Source of the DNA: Phoronis australis
Taxonomy: Eukaryota > Animalia > Phoronida
Direction of reading: 5' to 3'
DNA: 64,000 nt
Assembly: GCA_002633005.1 (NCBI GenBank)
Contig: NMRA01000086.1
Coordinates: 348,406 to 412,405 of the forward strand
This document shows, piece after piece, positions 41,301 through 52,333 of the stretch. Positions within the stretch are counted from its first letter, which is position 1, and every line of letters begins with the position of its first letter. The notes beneath the pieces were generated by a model. It ran no database searches. It was not told where the DNA came from and saw only the letters and a list, made by a program, of their open reading frames with translations. The position numbers and the translations under genes are program-made.

Positions 41301-44300
41301 TTCACGCGGCGGACATTAAAATCCAAAGCGAGGCTCACTGCGATAAACAAAGCGGAAATTTTCATTGCGTGAGTTAAATGGCGGTCTTTGGAGTCCAACC
41401 TGAATATTAAAACTTAAAAAATGTGTCTATAATTAACCACAGAGACGTTGAAAAATACAGTTAAAGAACAAGTCAATGCACCAAAGAGTTGTCTGACGAA
41501 AGGATATAGTTTTTTTTCCGGAAAACTAGGTTCGAAACATGAAAAGTAAACATGACCAAATTGCGGCGATCGTAGTGTTACGGATTAGGTATCATGCTGA
41601 ATGCAGGGTTACGTTTCTTGTAACAAATTCTTGATAAAAATGCTTTCTACACGAACCAGGTCATCTGGTCGTATTGTTGACGAGTTGAAGATATATTCGA
41701 CAGTGGTGGCTCATAGCATTTTGCTGTCATGTGCAATTAGTCTCATCTGGTTTAATTTGTTAATCAAGAGTAGGCCTATTAGCTTCAAGCATAGCCTAGG
41801 TCCTAGTGAGGTAAGCACTACCGGGACTAACAGTTGATTTGTCATTGATCTGAAATAATACTTGATGTTATTAAATACATATTTTGATTACGATAAAAAA
41901 CTAGGCTCGCAATTGAAAATAAAAATTATATGACCATCAATTCTGCTTTCTTGGTTTTAATAATTACGTCTTTTTCAAATATCAATCTCGACCAAGTTGA
42001 ATTTTAAAATTAAAACACCTAATTCTTTCGTCCAAAACATAACCTCGTTTTAGAGCTCAATTTCAGTTAACTGGAAAGAAGACAGTGGCGGATTTAGAGG
42101 GGAGCCAAGGGCCCCAGTTTCTTCAGAGGCCTCGTTCATATCCGAGGGGAAAGGTGCCTCGTGTGTGCGGCCTTCTGAGAGGGGAACGTTTCACCGAGTG
42201 ACGGGTCAGTGAAAACTCTACTGACCTCCTGATCACCATCAATAGCACCCCGCCCTTTTGCAAGCTCTCATAGCTCTGTCTCAAGTAGTATTTTCAGTGG
42301 CTGATCTAGGATACCATATAGGCCTAGTGAGGGGGGGCCCGACATCCTCGGAGAAGCAGGCAAAGCGCGATTGTATGCACGCAGGCGGCCCTGAAGTTGC
42401 GGGCGCCGAGGATGTATACGGTAAAGTCGCGTACCTTCTGCTCAGGAAATCTGTCGTTGAACTAAAAAAAATAAAACGTGTTTTCCCCCTCGTCCGCTAC
42501 CGGTCTTAGCTCGAATTGCAGTACAAGTTTCCTCCCGCTTCACGTTTTGCTGGTTTATTTTGCTTGCGGCAGTCAAGGGGGGAGGGGGTCGGGCCCCTGT
42601 CCCCCCCTCTAAATCCACCTATGATTTTTTACTTTTTCAAATTGTCACCTCTGTGGTCATAGGTGATTTGAACCGTTGGAGAGAAATTTTCAATCACAAA
42701 GGAGACTTTTAGGCCTTGTGGCCGGGAATTTTACGTGACTTTTCAATATTTTTGAGAGGGGAATAGGGCCGATATTAGGCCCCAAAATTGAAGGATTGAG
42801 GGCCCTGTCCTTTTTGTAAAGAAAAATGCATCGCGCTTCAACCCATAGTCATGAAAACACAGCCTGGCTGACCGAAGATTCTCCGGTCCTCGTTGCTATG
42901 GCAGCATCCTGTCCAAGATGCGACAAATTATGATTCGAAAACAGTAAATAAATTTTACACGGACATATTTTCCTTCGTCGCGGCGTATGGCAAGGACCAA
43001 ACGCTTCCGAATCCCAACGTCCTTAGGGATTGTAAAACAAAGTGTTCGTATTTTTTCTAGCTGTTCGAGCAACGCGGAGTACAACTACGCGGATAAGCCA
43101 CCAGAACTATCGTAGCGAGCCTCGTTTTGGAACGCGCCTCCTGTCGGCGTGAATAGGGTCTTTGGCGTATTCGCTGGCCGTATTCACATATATATACGGG
43201 ATAATAAAGAACTGCCTCTCTGCGTTTATTCAACGCGCAGTTTGATCAGCTCCTCTCTACGGTACGCAGGCCTACTGACTGTAATCTTGCACAATTATGC
43301 GCGTTGATAAGCAAATGTGCCAGTTGGATGAACACACTTCAACGCGCAGGTACGAAAAAAACTCTTTGGCGCTTCATACTTTGGCGCGTATGTAAAATAA
43401 TGCGCAAGTGTTGACTTACGAAGTAAATGAAGTAAGTCCAGTAGAAAATCTACAAATATTTTGCTTATTGGATGGGATGAGTGATGATCTCCAATATTTA
43501 TTCAGTTTTGACAATTGTCTAATCCTGTCTGTCTGCCTGCAAATGCCTTTTACACCCATACCACATTGCGGCTGACGTGGGGTGAGAAAGGAGAAGCATG
43601 ACATTCTAAAAGTTACGGAACTCTATAATTGTTCATGCGCACCGTTGCACGGCTTTCCCAGGCCATGCACAACTGTCACAAATAACGAAACTTTCACATC
43701 CACGATATAACAGCGACCGCTACAAAAACAAACTTTCTACGTGTACTTATTATTGCTATAAACGCACATTTTGCAAAAAAACAGTTTATGACGAGAAGTG
43801 GTCAAAACAAGTGTGAGCAGGTGGCACGCCTTGTTATTGACGTTTATTGCTTTTGTATACATGTTCGTGTTTAGTTTGTACATTGTTAGCTGAAAGGCCT
43901 GATGTTTGTGTGATGATGAAACGTCCTCAAGGAAAAAAGTTTTAGTGGAGTCTCTCAGTTGTCCATCTGAACAAAATTTCATGGAAATCTTATTTAGTAA
44001 ACAATCATGTTTTGCCGGGACTTGGATATTGACCCTGTTTGCTGCTACACCACCATGATTCGTATCCTGAACTATCTTTTAGGCTAGTTATATGTTCTCA
44101 AAATAGCGAAAAAANNNNNNNNNNNNNNNNNNNNNNNNNNNNNNNNNNNNNNNNNNNNNNNNNNNNNNNNNNNNNNNNNNNNNNNNNTTCTAAATTTTTG
44201 GGTCATTTGGTGCATCCATGGGGTCATTAGGTGCATTTTTCTTCTGAAAGTTTGACCAATTCATTCATGTTGTATTCTTAAGTGCTTAAAGCAAAACACC

Positions 44301-46172
44301 TGTGATTCTTAGCATTAACTATACTTTAAATTGGTTGTACAATTATTCCCTCACTGGGGTTCATAATGCACCGGAAGAGGTCAGTTAGTGGAAAGGTCAT
44401 CAAAACAACATGAAATTACTCCTACAATTTTAAAGAATTTCTTTTCATATTGGTAAACGGGGTTGCTGTCAGTAACTTCCCATAACAATTCCTTTAATAC
44501 GCACGCGCAGAGTCCATTATTGTCACGCCGTGACAATAATCTTTCTAGTTCTTCTTATTCTTATTCTTCTTCCGACCAACTTTGAGGCTTAATAACTCCA
44601 AATTGGATGCATGTACGGTCTTTAAATTCAGCATATGACTTTTGACAGTATATAAATTTTAATTAGTTATATAACGATATTCCATATTGCACCGGAAGAG
44701 GTCGTTTGGTGCAAAGGTCATATAATTTTCAAAATGCTACTCCTCCTTCAGTTTTAAAGCTATCTTTTTCAAATTCGGTGCACAGGCATAAGTCAACATG
44801 ACAATTTAAAAAATTACTTTTCTAAGTAATCGAATCATTCAATCAGATAAAACAGGTCAAAGGTCATTAGGTGCAAACTAAAACTTTGAGCTAGACACTT
44901 TAAATTCACAAGTCTGATTGGTACGTCTAATTCAATTTGAAATACAAAAATTTCAGGTCATTTAGTGCAAACATGGGGTCATTAGGTGCATTTTTCTTCT
45001 GAAAATTTGACCTTTTTATTCACCAAGTATTCTGATGTGTCAACCGTTAGACAACTGTGATTCTCAGCATTAAACACATTTTTGACGGGCTTTGTAATAA
45101 TTCTCCTAAAGACGCTTATAATGCACCGGATAGGGTCAATTAGTGCAAAAGTCATGTAACGTTCAAAATGTTATATCTCTTACGTTTTTCAAGGAATTCT
45201 TTTCAATTTCAGCACACTGGTGTAAGTCAACATGCCATTTGAATACCCTACTTTACTTCGAAATAGGCCTAACCAATCAGAAAAAATAGGTCAAAGGTCA
45301 TTGAGTGCAAACTAAAATTTTGAGCTAGAGACTTCAAAATTACATATCTATTTACTAAGTACGATTGAGTTTGAATTCTAAATTTTCAGGTCATTTGGTG
45401 CACCCATGGGGTCATTAGGTGCATTTTTCTTCTGAAAGTTTGACCAATTCATTCATCTTGTATTCTGAAGTGCTTAAAGTAAAACATCTGTGATTTTTAG
45501 CATTAACCACACTTTTAATCGAGTTTACAATTATTCTCTCATCGGGGCTCATAATGCACCTGAAGAGGTCAATTAGTGGAAAGGTCATCAAAATATTAAT
45601 ATATAATTTCTCCTACAATTTTAAAGAATTAATTTTCATATTGGTAAAGGGGTTGCTGTCAGTAACTTCCCATAACAATTCCAGTAATACGCACGCGCAG
45701 AGTCAATTATTGTCATGCCGTGACAATAATCTTTCTAGTTTCAATTGCTATTCAACTAGAAATAAAAATTGAGCTACTGTAGTCTACTGCTACTCAACTG
45801 CTGTACAGCTGATCATAAGGAAGCAGCCAATTTTCACTCGGTAGAAACCTGCTTAAATAGTTTTAACTTACAGTTGCCTTACAGTTGTAGAATAACTGCA
45901 GTACAATTGTAAAATTACTAATATCAAAATTGCATTTTGGTGTGCGTCGTTCTCAAGTATGCCTTTTCACGGACTATATACCATCGAACCTGTTGATATG
46001 ATGGGTGAGAGTCCCGCCGTCTGAACGGGAACTCTATCGCGGTCTGGGGTGAACCGTGTATGTTATCGATTTTCTCGCAATATAGTCCGGTCCACAAGAT
46101 TTCTCAAGATTCCGAGTGACATTAGTTCGCCTACATAGTTGCAAATGTAGCCGGAAAATAACACTCACCCAT
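26365..46172 (-). CDS. SELENBP1: Selenium-binding protein 1 / methanethiol oxidase paralog B, 11 coding exons, ~480 aa, ends in -AKL
   Basis: Exons 5'->3': 46169-46172 (ATGG, tentative), 38585-38757, 36982-37167, 35543-35663, 34675-34857, 33000-33181, 32387-32465, 30915-31036, 30166-30231, 28003-28148, 26365-26545. Sizes are identical to paralog A, all introns GT-AG, no stops or frameshifts, same family motifs. Confidence 0.95.
28003..28148 (-). CDS. SELENBP1: SELENBP1-B exon 10
   Basis: [48 protein letters not shown]; 146 nt. Confidence 0.95.
30166..30231 (-). CDS. SELENBP1: SELENBP1-B exon 9
   Basis: [22 protein letters not shown]; 66 nt. Confidence 0.92.
30915..31036 (-). CDS. SELENBP1: SELENBP1-B exon 8
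   Basis: [41 protein letters not shown]; 122 nt. Confidence 0.95.
32387..32465 (-). CDS. SELENBP1: SELENBP1-B exon 7
   Basis: [26 protein letters not shown]; 79 nt. Confidence 0.93.
33000..33181 (-). CDS. SELENBP1: SELENBP1-B exon 6
   Basis: [12 protein letters not shown]...[10 protein letters not shown]...FFMRE; 182 nt. Confidence 0.95.
33474..34062. mobile_element. 589-bp MITE with 9-bp TSD (Mutator/MULE-type)
   Basis: ~50-bp TIRs CYCGCTGG..CCTGCGTGCCGCTA.GTGGT; TSD TCCTCACGA at 33465-33473 and 34063-34071. Confidence 0.85.
34675..34857 (-). CDS. SELENBP1: SELENBP1-B exon 5
   Basis: [18 protein letters not shown]...[21 protein letters not shown]...DVEE; 183 nt. Confidence 0.95.
35311..35373 (+). 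repeat. (TAAG)n microsatellite, with degenerate extension to ~35520
   Basis: Direct reading. Confidence 0.95.
35543..35663 (-). CDS. SELENBP1: SELENBP1-B exon 4
   Basis: [40 protein letters not shown]; 121 nt. Confidence 0.95.
36472..36957. mobile_element. 486-bp foldback element with internal ~21-bp modular repeats
   Basis: TIR TCGTTGGYCAAATGGGTGAACGTTACG; GGCGTAAATTAA units in the left arm, inverted in the right arm; flanked by TAATGG on both sides. Confidence 0.85.
36982..37167 (-). CDS. SELENBP1: SELENBP1-B exon 3
   Basis: [25 protein letters not shown]...PRIFK; 186 nt. Confidence 0.95.
37913..38024 (+). repeat. 28-bp minisatellite x4
   Basis: TGACTCAGACCCTATGCCGTTATAAGAC, four near-identical adjacent copies. 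Confidence 0.95.
38585..38757 (-). CDS. SELENBP1: SELENBP1-B exon 2
   Basis: [14 protein letters not shown]...[18 protein letters not shown]; 173 nt. Confidence 0.93.
41291..43163. mobile_element. ~1.9-kb non-autonomous TIR element (PIF/Harbinger-ISL2EU-like ends) containing nested MITEs
   Basis: AGACTCTATTCACGC..TCCAAAGCGAGGCTC at left; reverse complement GAGCCTCGTTTTGGA..GCGTGAATAGGGTCT at right. Superfamily assignment is tentative. Confidence 0.65.
42295..42623 (+). mobile_element. 329-bp CAGTGGC-family MITE
   Basis: CAGTGGCTGATCTAGGATA...CTAAATCCACCTATG; homologous to the ends of 17743-18733. Confidence 0.75.
44115..44187. other. Assembly gap
   Basis: Run of N. Confidence 1.
44188..45738 (+). 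mobile_element. Head-to-tail Helitron-like non-autonomous elements (1190-bp unit with ~434-bp internal repeats)
   Basis: 3' hairpin ATTATTGTCAC-GCC-GTGACAATAAT followed by CTAG|T at 44516-44548 and again at 45706-45738. The unit starts with a TC/TTCTT microsatellite. Confidence 0.75.
46169..46172 (-). CDS. SELENBP1: SELENBP1-B candidate coding exon 1 (ATG G)
   Basis: aaaaacATGG|gtgagt: good initiation context and a perfect donor. Phase 1 matches the acceptor at 38757, giving [12 protein letters not shown]. Confidence 0.6.
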
Positions 46173-47182
46173 GTTTTTCTGTGAGACTACTCTGCCTTAC
46201 AGCCCTGGGTTACCGTTGTTGTAGTATTGAGGTCACCGTTGTAGAGGTTGGTACGGTATGTAAAGGCTGAAGGGAATTGACCTGTTTAGCGGCGCCTGTG
46301 TTAAGCGGTGTTTCAGCGGTGGTATGAGTAAACAATCGGCATAGGATTCTGAACTGGCGTCTTCAGGTGTAGCCTTAGGTCATTTTGTTCTAAGTGACCT
46401 CTTTAGCCAGCCACTATCTTCATATCTTTGACCTTTGTACTTAACTATGTCCGACCCTGCTGCCCGACTGGTCAGCTTATTATTTAGTTCTTTATTTTAT
46501 ACAACATTACATAACAGATCGAGCCATGAGCATTCACATACGCATGTGTTTTATTTTCCGGCCGAAACTCACACAGACATTTCCGTGTTAGTTGTCACAA
46601 AGATACTGGTGAATCGTATAAAAGTCCGTATTTGCCCTGCCCCACCGCCCGGAGGTACTTTACTATACTTTTCAGTGACGGGGATCTGGCATGAAAATTA
46701 AGATACCCTTCTGTAAGAGAGTGAACTCGAAAAAGGGGGATTTCGTGAAAATGTCAGTGATACCCTTTCGTAGCGCTTTGTTCCAGAGTCATTCTTTCAT
46801 TGGGATTCTTGATAGCTTTTTGCCTATAAGCCAGAAAAAGTACAAATAGACTGCCGTGTTGTCAATTACATTTTTGAACGGTTATTAATCACATGCACAA
46901 GTACAAACACATGGCCATTATTTCAAATAAGTACAAACAGCAATATATAATATGTATGTTTCACGCCAACTTTCACTCATCACACAAGCATAGACACATG
47001 TACCAACAATAATAATACTTGTGTATGTTTCATACCATTCATACGGCACGGCGACTTGCTTATAGCAATATTTTCTGGATACGAGTTCTAACGGATTAAA
47101 AGTATTGAAACACATGAGCCCATTATTCTGCAAACCGGTCCATCTGACCGTTTTATTTGTATTTTTATTGTACTATTTTTAA

Positions 47183-47680
47183 AGGTTATGTAGCACTTTG
47201 GCGGACTTGTCGGTGTTTTTAGCCAAATATCTACAAAAGTGTAGAGTTTATTTCGGTAAAAGTTACAGATCTGCTGAAAGTAGAAAGTCTGACTGCATAA
47301 TTTGATTTTTTGACTTTATGCCAATCTTGGATCACATGACCATGTATTTTTAGTAAAATTTATGACAAAGAAAAGTACATCCGTGGCAAAACAACGTTAT
47401 CAATAACGTGACTTAATTTCGTTCGATATTAATATTCAAGACGAAATCTAAAAAATACTGTTACATTTTTCTAAATTATCGTTTCATTTCCATTTTATGC
47501 ATAAAAGTCCTATAGCCCTCATGCAAAAGTGGAAACTTTTAGAAACAACTCTTAGTTAATAGCGCTCTGGAGAACAGCGCATAAGGCATGGTATCTGACA
47601 GTTTCACGTGACTCCGATCAGCCATTTGTGTTACGAGTGCCACTGAAATCTGGCCATTCTTCGAGGGTCGTACATAACCT
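47183..47680 (+). mobile_element. ~500-bp non-autonomous TTAA-type (Kolobok-like) element, copy 2
   Basis: TIR AGGTTATGTA...TACATAACCT in a TTAA/TAA context. Confidence 0.75.
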
Positions 47681-48596
47681 TAAGTCAGGTTTCTTGTAGA
47701 GTTCAATAGATGTCCTTGCAGTCTCAAGACATAAAGTGTTGCCACTGCGACTTCGTTGTCTGAATTGTAAAATTGCAGAATGAGTTGGCATTCAGATTTC
47801 TTCTCCAAATATCTGTTGAGGTTTTTCTGAGATAAATTCGCGTGATTCTGTTCAGCTTTACTCTGATTAATGAAAAGTATTCTTACTGTCAATTATTTCC
47901 CTGCGTAAGGTCGTGTTCAGTGTCATATGAGATATGTAACGTCTTAGGAGGTATCACTCTTGTTAACAGCCTCAAGACTATTAATGATCGTTACATCCTC
48001 TCTGAAAACTGTTGAAACACTCCCTTCATTTATTCTATTGGCCTGTAGTCTTCATAGGCCTAGTCTCTATAGATGTATTTGAAAAGTAGACAACCCATGA
48101 CAAAACGACAGCAAAATGACTGCAGGGATGATGGTACAAAAATACATTCTTTTATCAACGAGAGAAAAAAATTGTCAAATTCTAAACGTTTAAAAATTTT
48201 GACATTCAAATGCGATTTGCAAATCAATTTAAACTCATGTAGAACTCTTGCCATTTAAAAATTGGACGCTCCTCAGTCCAATGAGCAAACTTACCGCACA
48301 AGACAACACACCAGTTTCACAGTAGACGACACAAGCGTTCAAATTTAAAATTATTATGACTTGTATGAATGACGTAAAACGGCAAATTAGATCGCCCGAG
48401 TGTTGATTTTTGACATCAACTATAACCCCGGGATTTAAAGAAATAGAAATGTCCCTTGTCTAGTTTGTCAATGATAGAAATATACGCATGAGTCATGGGG
48501 ATTTCGTGGTGAATTGAGGAAGCCCAAAGACAATTTTTAACAAGGCATGTCTGAAAGATGGAGTTATCTTCAGATGTTGGCACGTATATGTGCGCC

Positions 48597-48692
48597 CACA
48601 CACGTACAAACACACACGTACAAACACGCACGTTCACACACACGAACACACACACACACACACACGTGTACACACACACGTACACACACACG
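48597..48692 (+). repeat. Imperfect (CA)n microsatellite
   Basis: Direct reading. Confidence 0.9.
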
Positions 48693-48939
48693 CTCGCATT
48701 CATGTATACGTCGCTTACTGAACATTTTGCGTGTCATGAAAAAGGAAGTGGCCAGATCAAATGATGGCTACAAACCATGTTCTACTGTCAAAAACAACTT
48801 TCTTTACAATCGTTCCTCGCATTCTTATCATTTGTTTGAATTAACATTTGTTACAATAAAACGTCTGCATCATAATGTCGACCATATCGTTCAAGCGGCA
48901 AAAATTAAACCGCCAGCAGAAGCAAATTAATGTCTGTAC

Positions 48940-49435
48940 ATTCAGCAAAATATCTACAAAGCTCTGGAGTTTAAAATAATCAAAAGTATAAATTTCATGA
49001 AAGTAGAAATATGATTCCCGATACTATACCAGTCTGCCACTAATTAGGTCACGTGACCTTGCTTTTTAGGTAAACTTAGCAAAAATGAAAGGTATATTCA
49101 TGGAAAAACAACACAATCAATAACGTGAGCAAATTTCGTACGATATAAATTTTCAGGATAAAATCTCGAAAACGATGTTACGGTTTTCTAAATTATCGCT
49201 TCGCTTTCATTTTAGGCAACTTAACTTTTTTCATAAAAAAATCGTGTAAGTCCTATTTTTGACAGATGCTCGTGCACAATTGGACCATTTTAAAAACAAT
49301 TTCTAAAATCGTTTTGGAAACATAGTATAAAGCATAGTGTCTCAAATTTTCTCGTGAATATGATCGGCCATTTATGAGATACGATGTTCCGAAGGTGGCC
49401 AAAATTGGACATTTTGAGAGGATCCTTCATAACCT
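48940..49435 (+). mobile_element. Same family, copy 3 (5'-truncated)
   Basis: Shared internal blocks (GGTCACGTGAC, CAATAACGTGA, TTTTCTAAATTATCG, GATCGGCCATTT); ends CATAACCT. Confidence 0.65.
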
Positions 49436-49852
49436 ATATTAGCTTGGTCGGAATCCGCATGAGGCTATTGCCAGTTTTTTTCAAATGATCTTGAAAATCA
49501 ATTCTAATCTGAGCAAGGGACCCAAATTAAGAGTTTTCTGACACAAGGCGCGAGTTCATTACATCTTTAACACTTCCTCATACCGTGTTGCCCATGATGA
49601 TGTTTCGAAACATCTTGTTGAGACTGCTGCAATGAACTAAATTCGAGGGTCAGGTAGCTTAACTCGCTCTTACAAATGTATGTATTACTTTTTTTTTGAG
49701 AGCAGCTGTGCGTCAAAATAGACAGTTATGCAAACTTCTTTTGAGTGCAGCTGTGTGTCAAAATAGACAGTAAAGCAAACTCTGTCTAGGTCATGGTATT
49801 GTGCCTCGTTCTATAAGGCAAACTAAACATCAGTGATGTTTCCGAGCTCAGA

Positions 49853-50007
49853 TATACGTACATACACACATACATACATTTATACATACATGCATAAGTG
49901 CATACATACATGCATACATACATACATGCATTCATCCATCCATCCATCCATACATACATACATACATACATACATACATACATACATACATACATACATA
50001 CATACAT
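49853..50007 (+). repeat. (CATA)n/(CATC)n microsatellite
   Basis: Direct reading. Confidence 0.95.
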
Positions 50008-50595
50008 AACATGATTGTGAAAAAACGGGTTACAAAAACTTATTAAACATAACACAAACAATTACATTACGTTTCATTTTAATGTATTTTGGCAGTTAAT
50101 ACCGCAAAAACGTTTGAAGCGGCTACAAAACCGACAAATGCCAGATTTTGATTTAGCTTAATGAAGTTGGTCTCAATTTGTTTCTTTGTAAAATTTGAGG
50201 TGATTTCAGGAGTTAGAAAGAAGTGACAATTTAGTATATTGGTTAAGACCAGACTTTATAATTTAACTCGTCACACGGCGTGATTATTTACCCTGCATGG
50301 TGTAGAGTAATAACGAATTTTCATTTCTGTGCGAGATCAAAAATCCTTTCTGATCGTCTGATCAAGGGACAAGTAGATATCAATATCGGTGGATTGTATC
50401 AAAACTTGGTTTCTTCAGCGGAACACGGGTTTAAAACCGCTTTAAACAGACGCTCGTAAATCGACAGTTGCTAACTAACCAATTGTATCAGACGTAATCA
50501 AATAAAGTTCTTAACTTGTGGAATTATTTTTACAGAAGAAATGAAATGTGTTGGAATGCCGTTCAGAGTTACCGACGGTTAAGAAGAGTAAAAAA

Positions 50596-52240
50596 AAGTA
50601 AAACAACGAACGTCGGTACTAACATACATTAAAACATTCCACACGTTTCGAGCGGTACACTCTATTTTCAAGGGCATGACACGGGCTGCCGAATAGAAAG
50701 GTATGTCAATATATAAAGTAGCACAGATGATCGCATGCTGATAGGCAAGATTGGGGCCGGGAACAGTGTGTGGGTCATGGCACCCACAGTTGGGGTACGC
50801 ATGATGAGAGGAAGTGTATAAACAGAAACCAGCCTCCCGTTCAGTAAGGCTAGGACCTCGCTAAGAAGCAAGACTTCGTGAGATTACGCGAGAAATTGCC
50901 GTTACGTATTTCAAATGAGATCAAGTGACTTTGGCTAGATTTTAGCTAGGTCCTAGCGTAGGTCCTAGCGTTACTGAACGCACGCCAGCATGTAACTCCA
51001 GCAGTCTATTCATTGTAGACTTGTAGTGACATAAAACACCTATATCCCTGTTCAAACCTTTGGCCTGCGCATTGAATTTGGCAATGATCCCGGCTTCGCA
51101 CTTCCTCCGCGAGTGGATTACCGGCAACCCGCCGGAAGATTGCAATGATCTCCAAGTTGGTTACCCATTGTGCACGAGAATGAACGACAATGGGCAGAAA
51201 ACATCAGGTCGGTCCTGATTGCAGATCTTTTCAATCTCCCGGGACACACCTTAATGTAATGGTACTGGTAGTCATCGTGACGATCGGGTGCCGGAGCAGG
51301 ACTTTTGAACTATTTTGGTATTAAAACGAATGATCTCTTAAGTCAAAGAAAACAATCGCCATGTTGTAGCATTTATTAACTAAACATAACAGTACAGTGT
51401 CTAGTACGTTTTCTCACAAGCAATCTTGAGTTTCGTTGTCGGACATTGTCGGTCTTTGGTCTGAGGTGTAAGTGCGGTGAGCGTGCGCGGTGATTGATGC
51501 GTCTTGTTACACAGTTAGGCTAAACCTCAGCGTTTTGTCAGTGGAGAGAACTACGAGAACGATCACTTTGGAGTAAATAGGGGTGAATTTAGAGATATAG
51601 CCAAAAATTTAAGGGGCTAAACCTTAGTGGGCTTATGCATTCATAACTGCGAGCTCCGCTTCGCCGAATTTGCGGGTTGAGTCGAAATGTAGCGCCTGCA
51701 CGACGCTAGAAAAAGTGACCGAACTCCCGAAACCAGGTGGCCCACTATTTATAGAGGGTATCACATGACAAACTGGGCCAATGGCAAGTCACCAAGTTAT
51801 TTAAAAAGTTCTTGGAATTCATGGTCCCTGACCAAATAAGGTATGACCGAAATATACCAATGCACTAGTACCGACGATGACCAACAGGTGTCACGCTAAT
51901 ACAGAGACTGAGATGAAATCATCTTCGTGTTTCAGTAGTAAAGGCGATTGCCGGATATCCACTCGCGGAGAAAGTGCGAGTACGAGTTCTTCGCCAGATT
52001 CAATACCCTTGCAAAAAATCTAAACAGAGGCATAGGTATTCTTTGTCACTACCAGTCTGTAATGTATAAACTACAGTAGTTAAATGCCTGTTTCTGTTTA
52101 GATACTTCCTCTCATCATCTGCTGATTGTCGTGACCCATTCGGCAGTCTGTGTCATGCCCTTGATAATGAGCGTACCGCTCGAAACATGGGTAATATTTT
52201 AATATATATATTAGTACCGACGTTCGTCGTTTTACTTATT
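50596..52240. mobile_element. Penelope-like retroelement relic: two inverted 3' fragments with GIY-YIG endonuclease C-terminus and pLTR-like tail
   Basis: Minus ~51165-50596 encodes HSRRKCEAGIIAKFNAQAKGLNRDIG; plus ~51940-52240 encodes HSRRKCEYEFFARFNTLAKNLNRGIG; plus 51170-51255 reads RMN../LIADLFNLPGHT. The ~100-bp tails are reverse complements of each other. Confidence 0.75.
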
Positions 52241-52333
52241 ACTATATTTCACGGAAGATGATCACAAGTTGTATGACACTTATGGGAGTAAAATTGTTAC
52301 TGTTTCAAGTATTACATATTACTAGTAAAATAA

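Noticed and set aside
48416-50061. VCVC / THTH / MYVC repeat ORFs
   Set aside because: Translations of the (CA)n and (CATA)n microsatellites.
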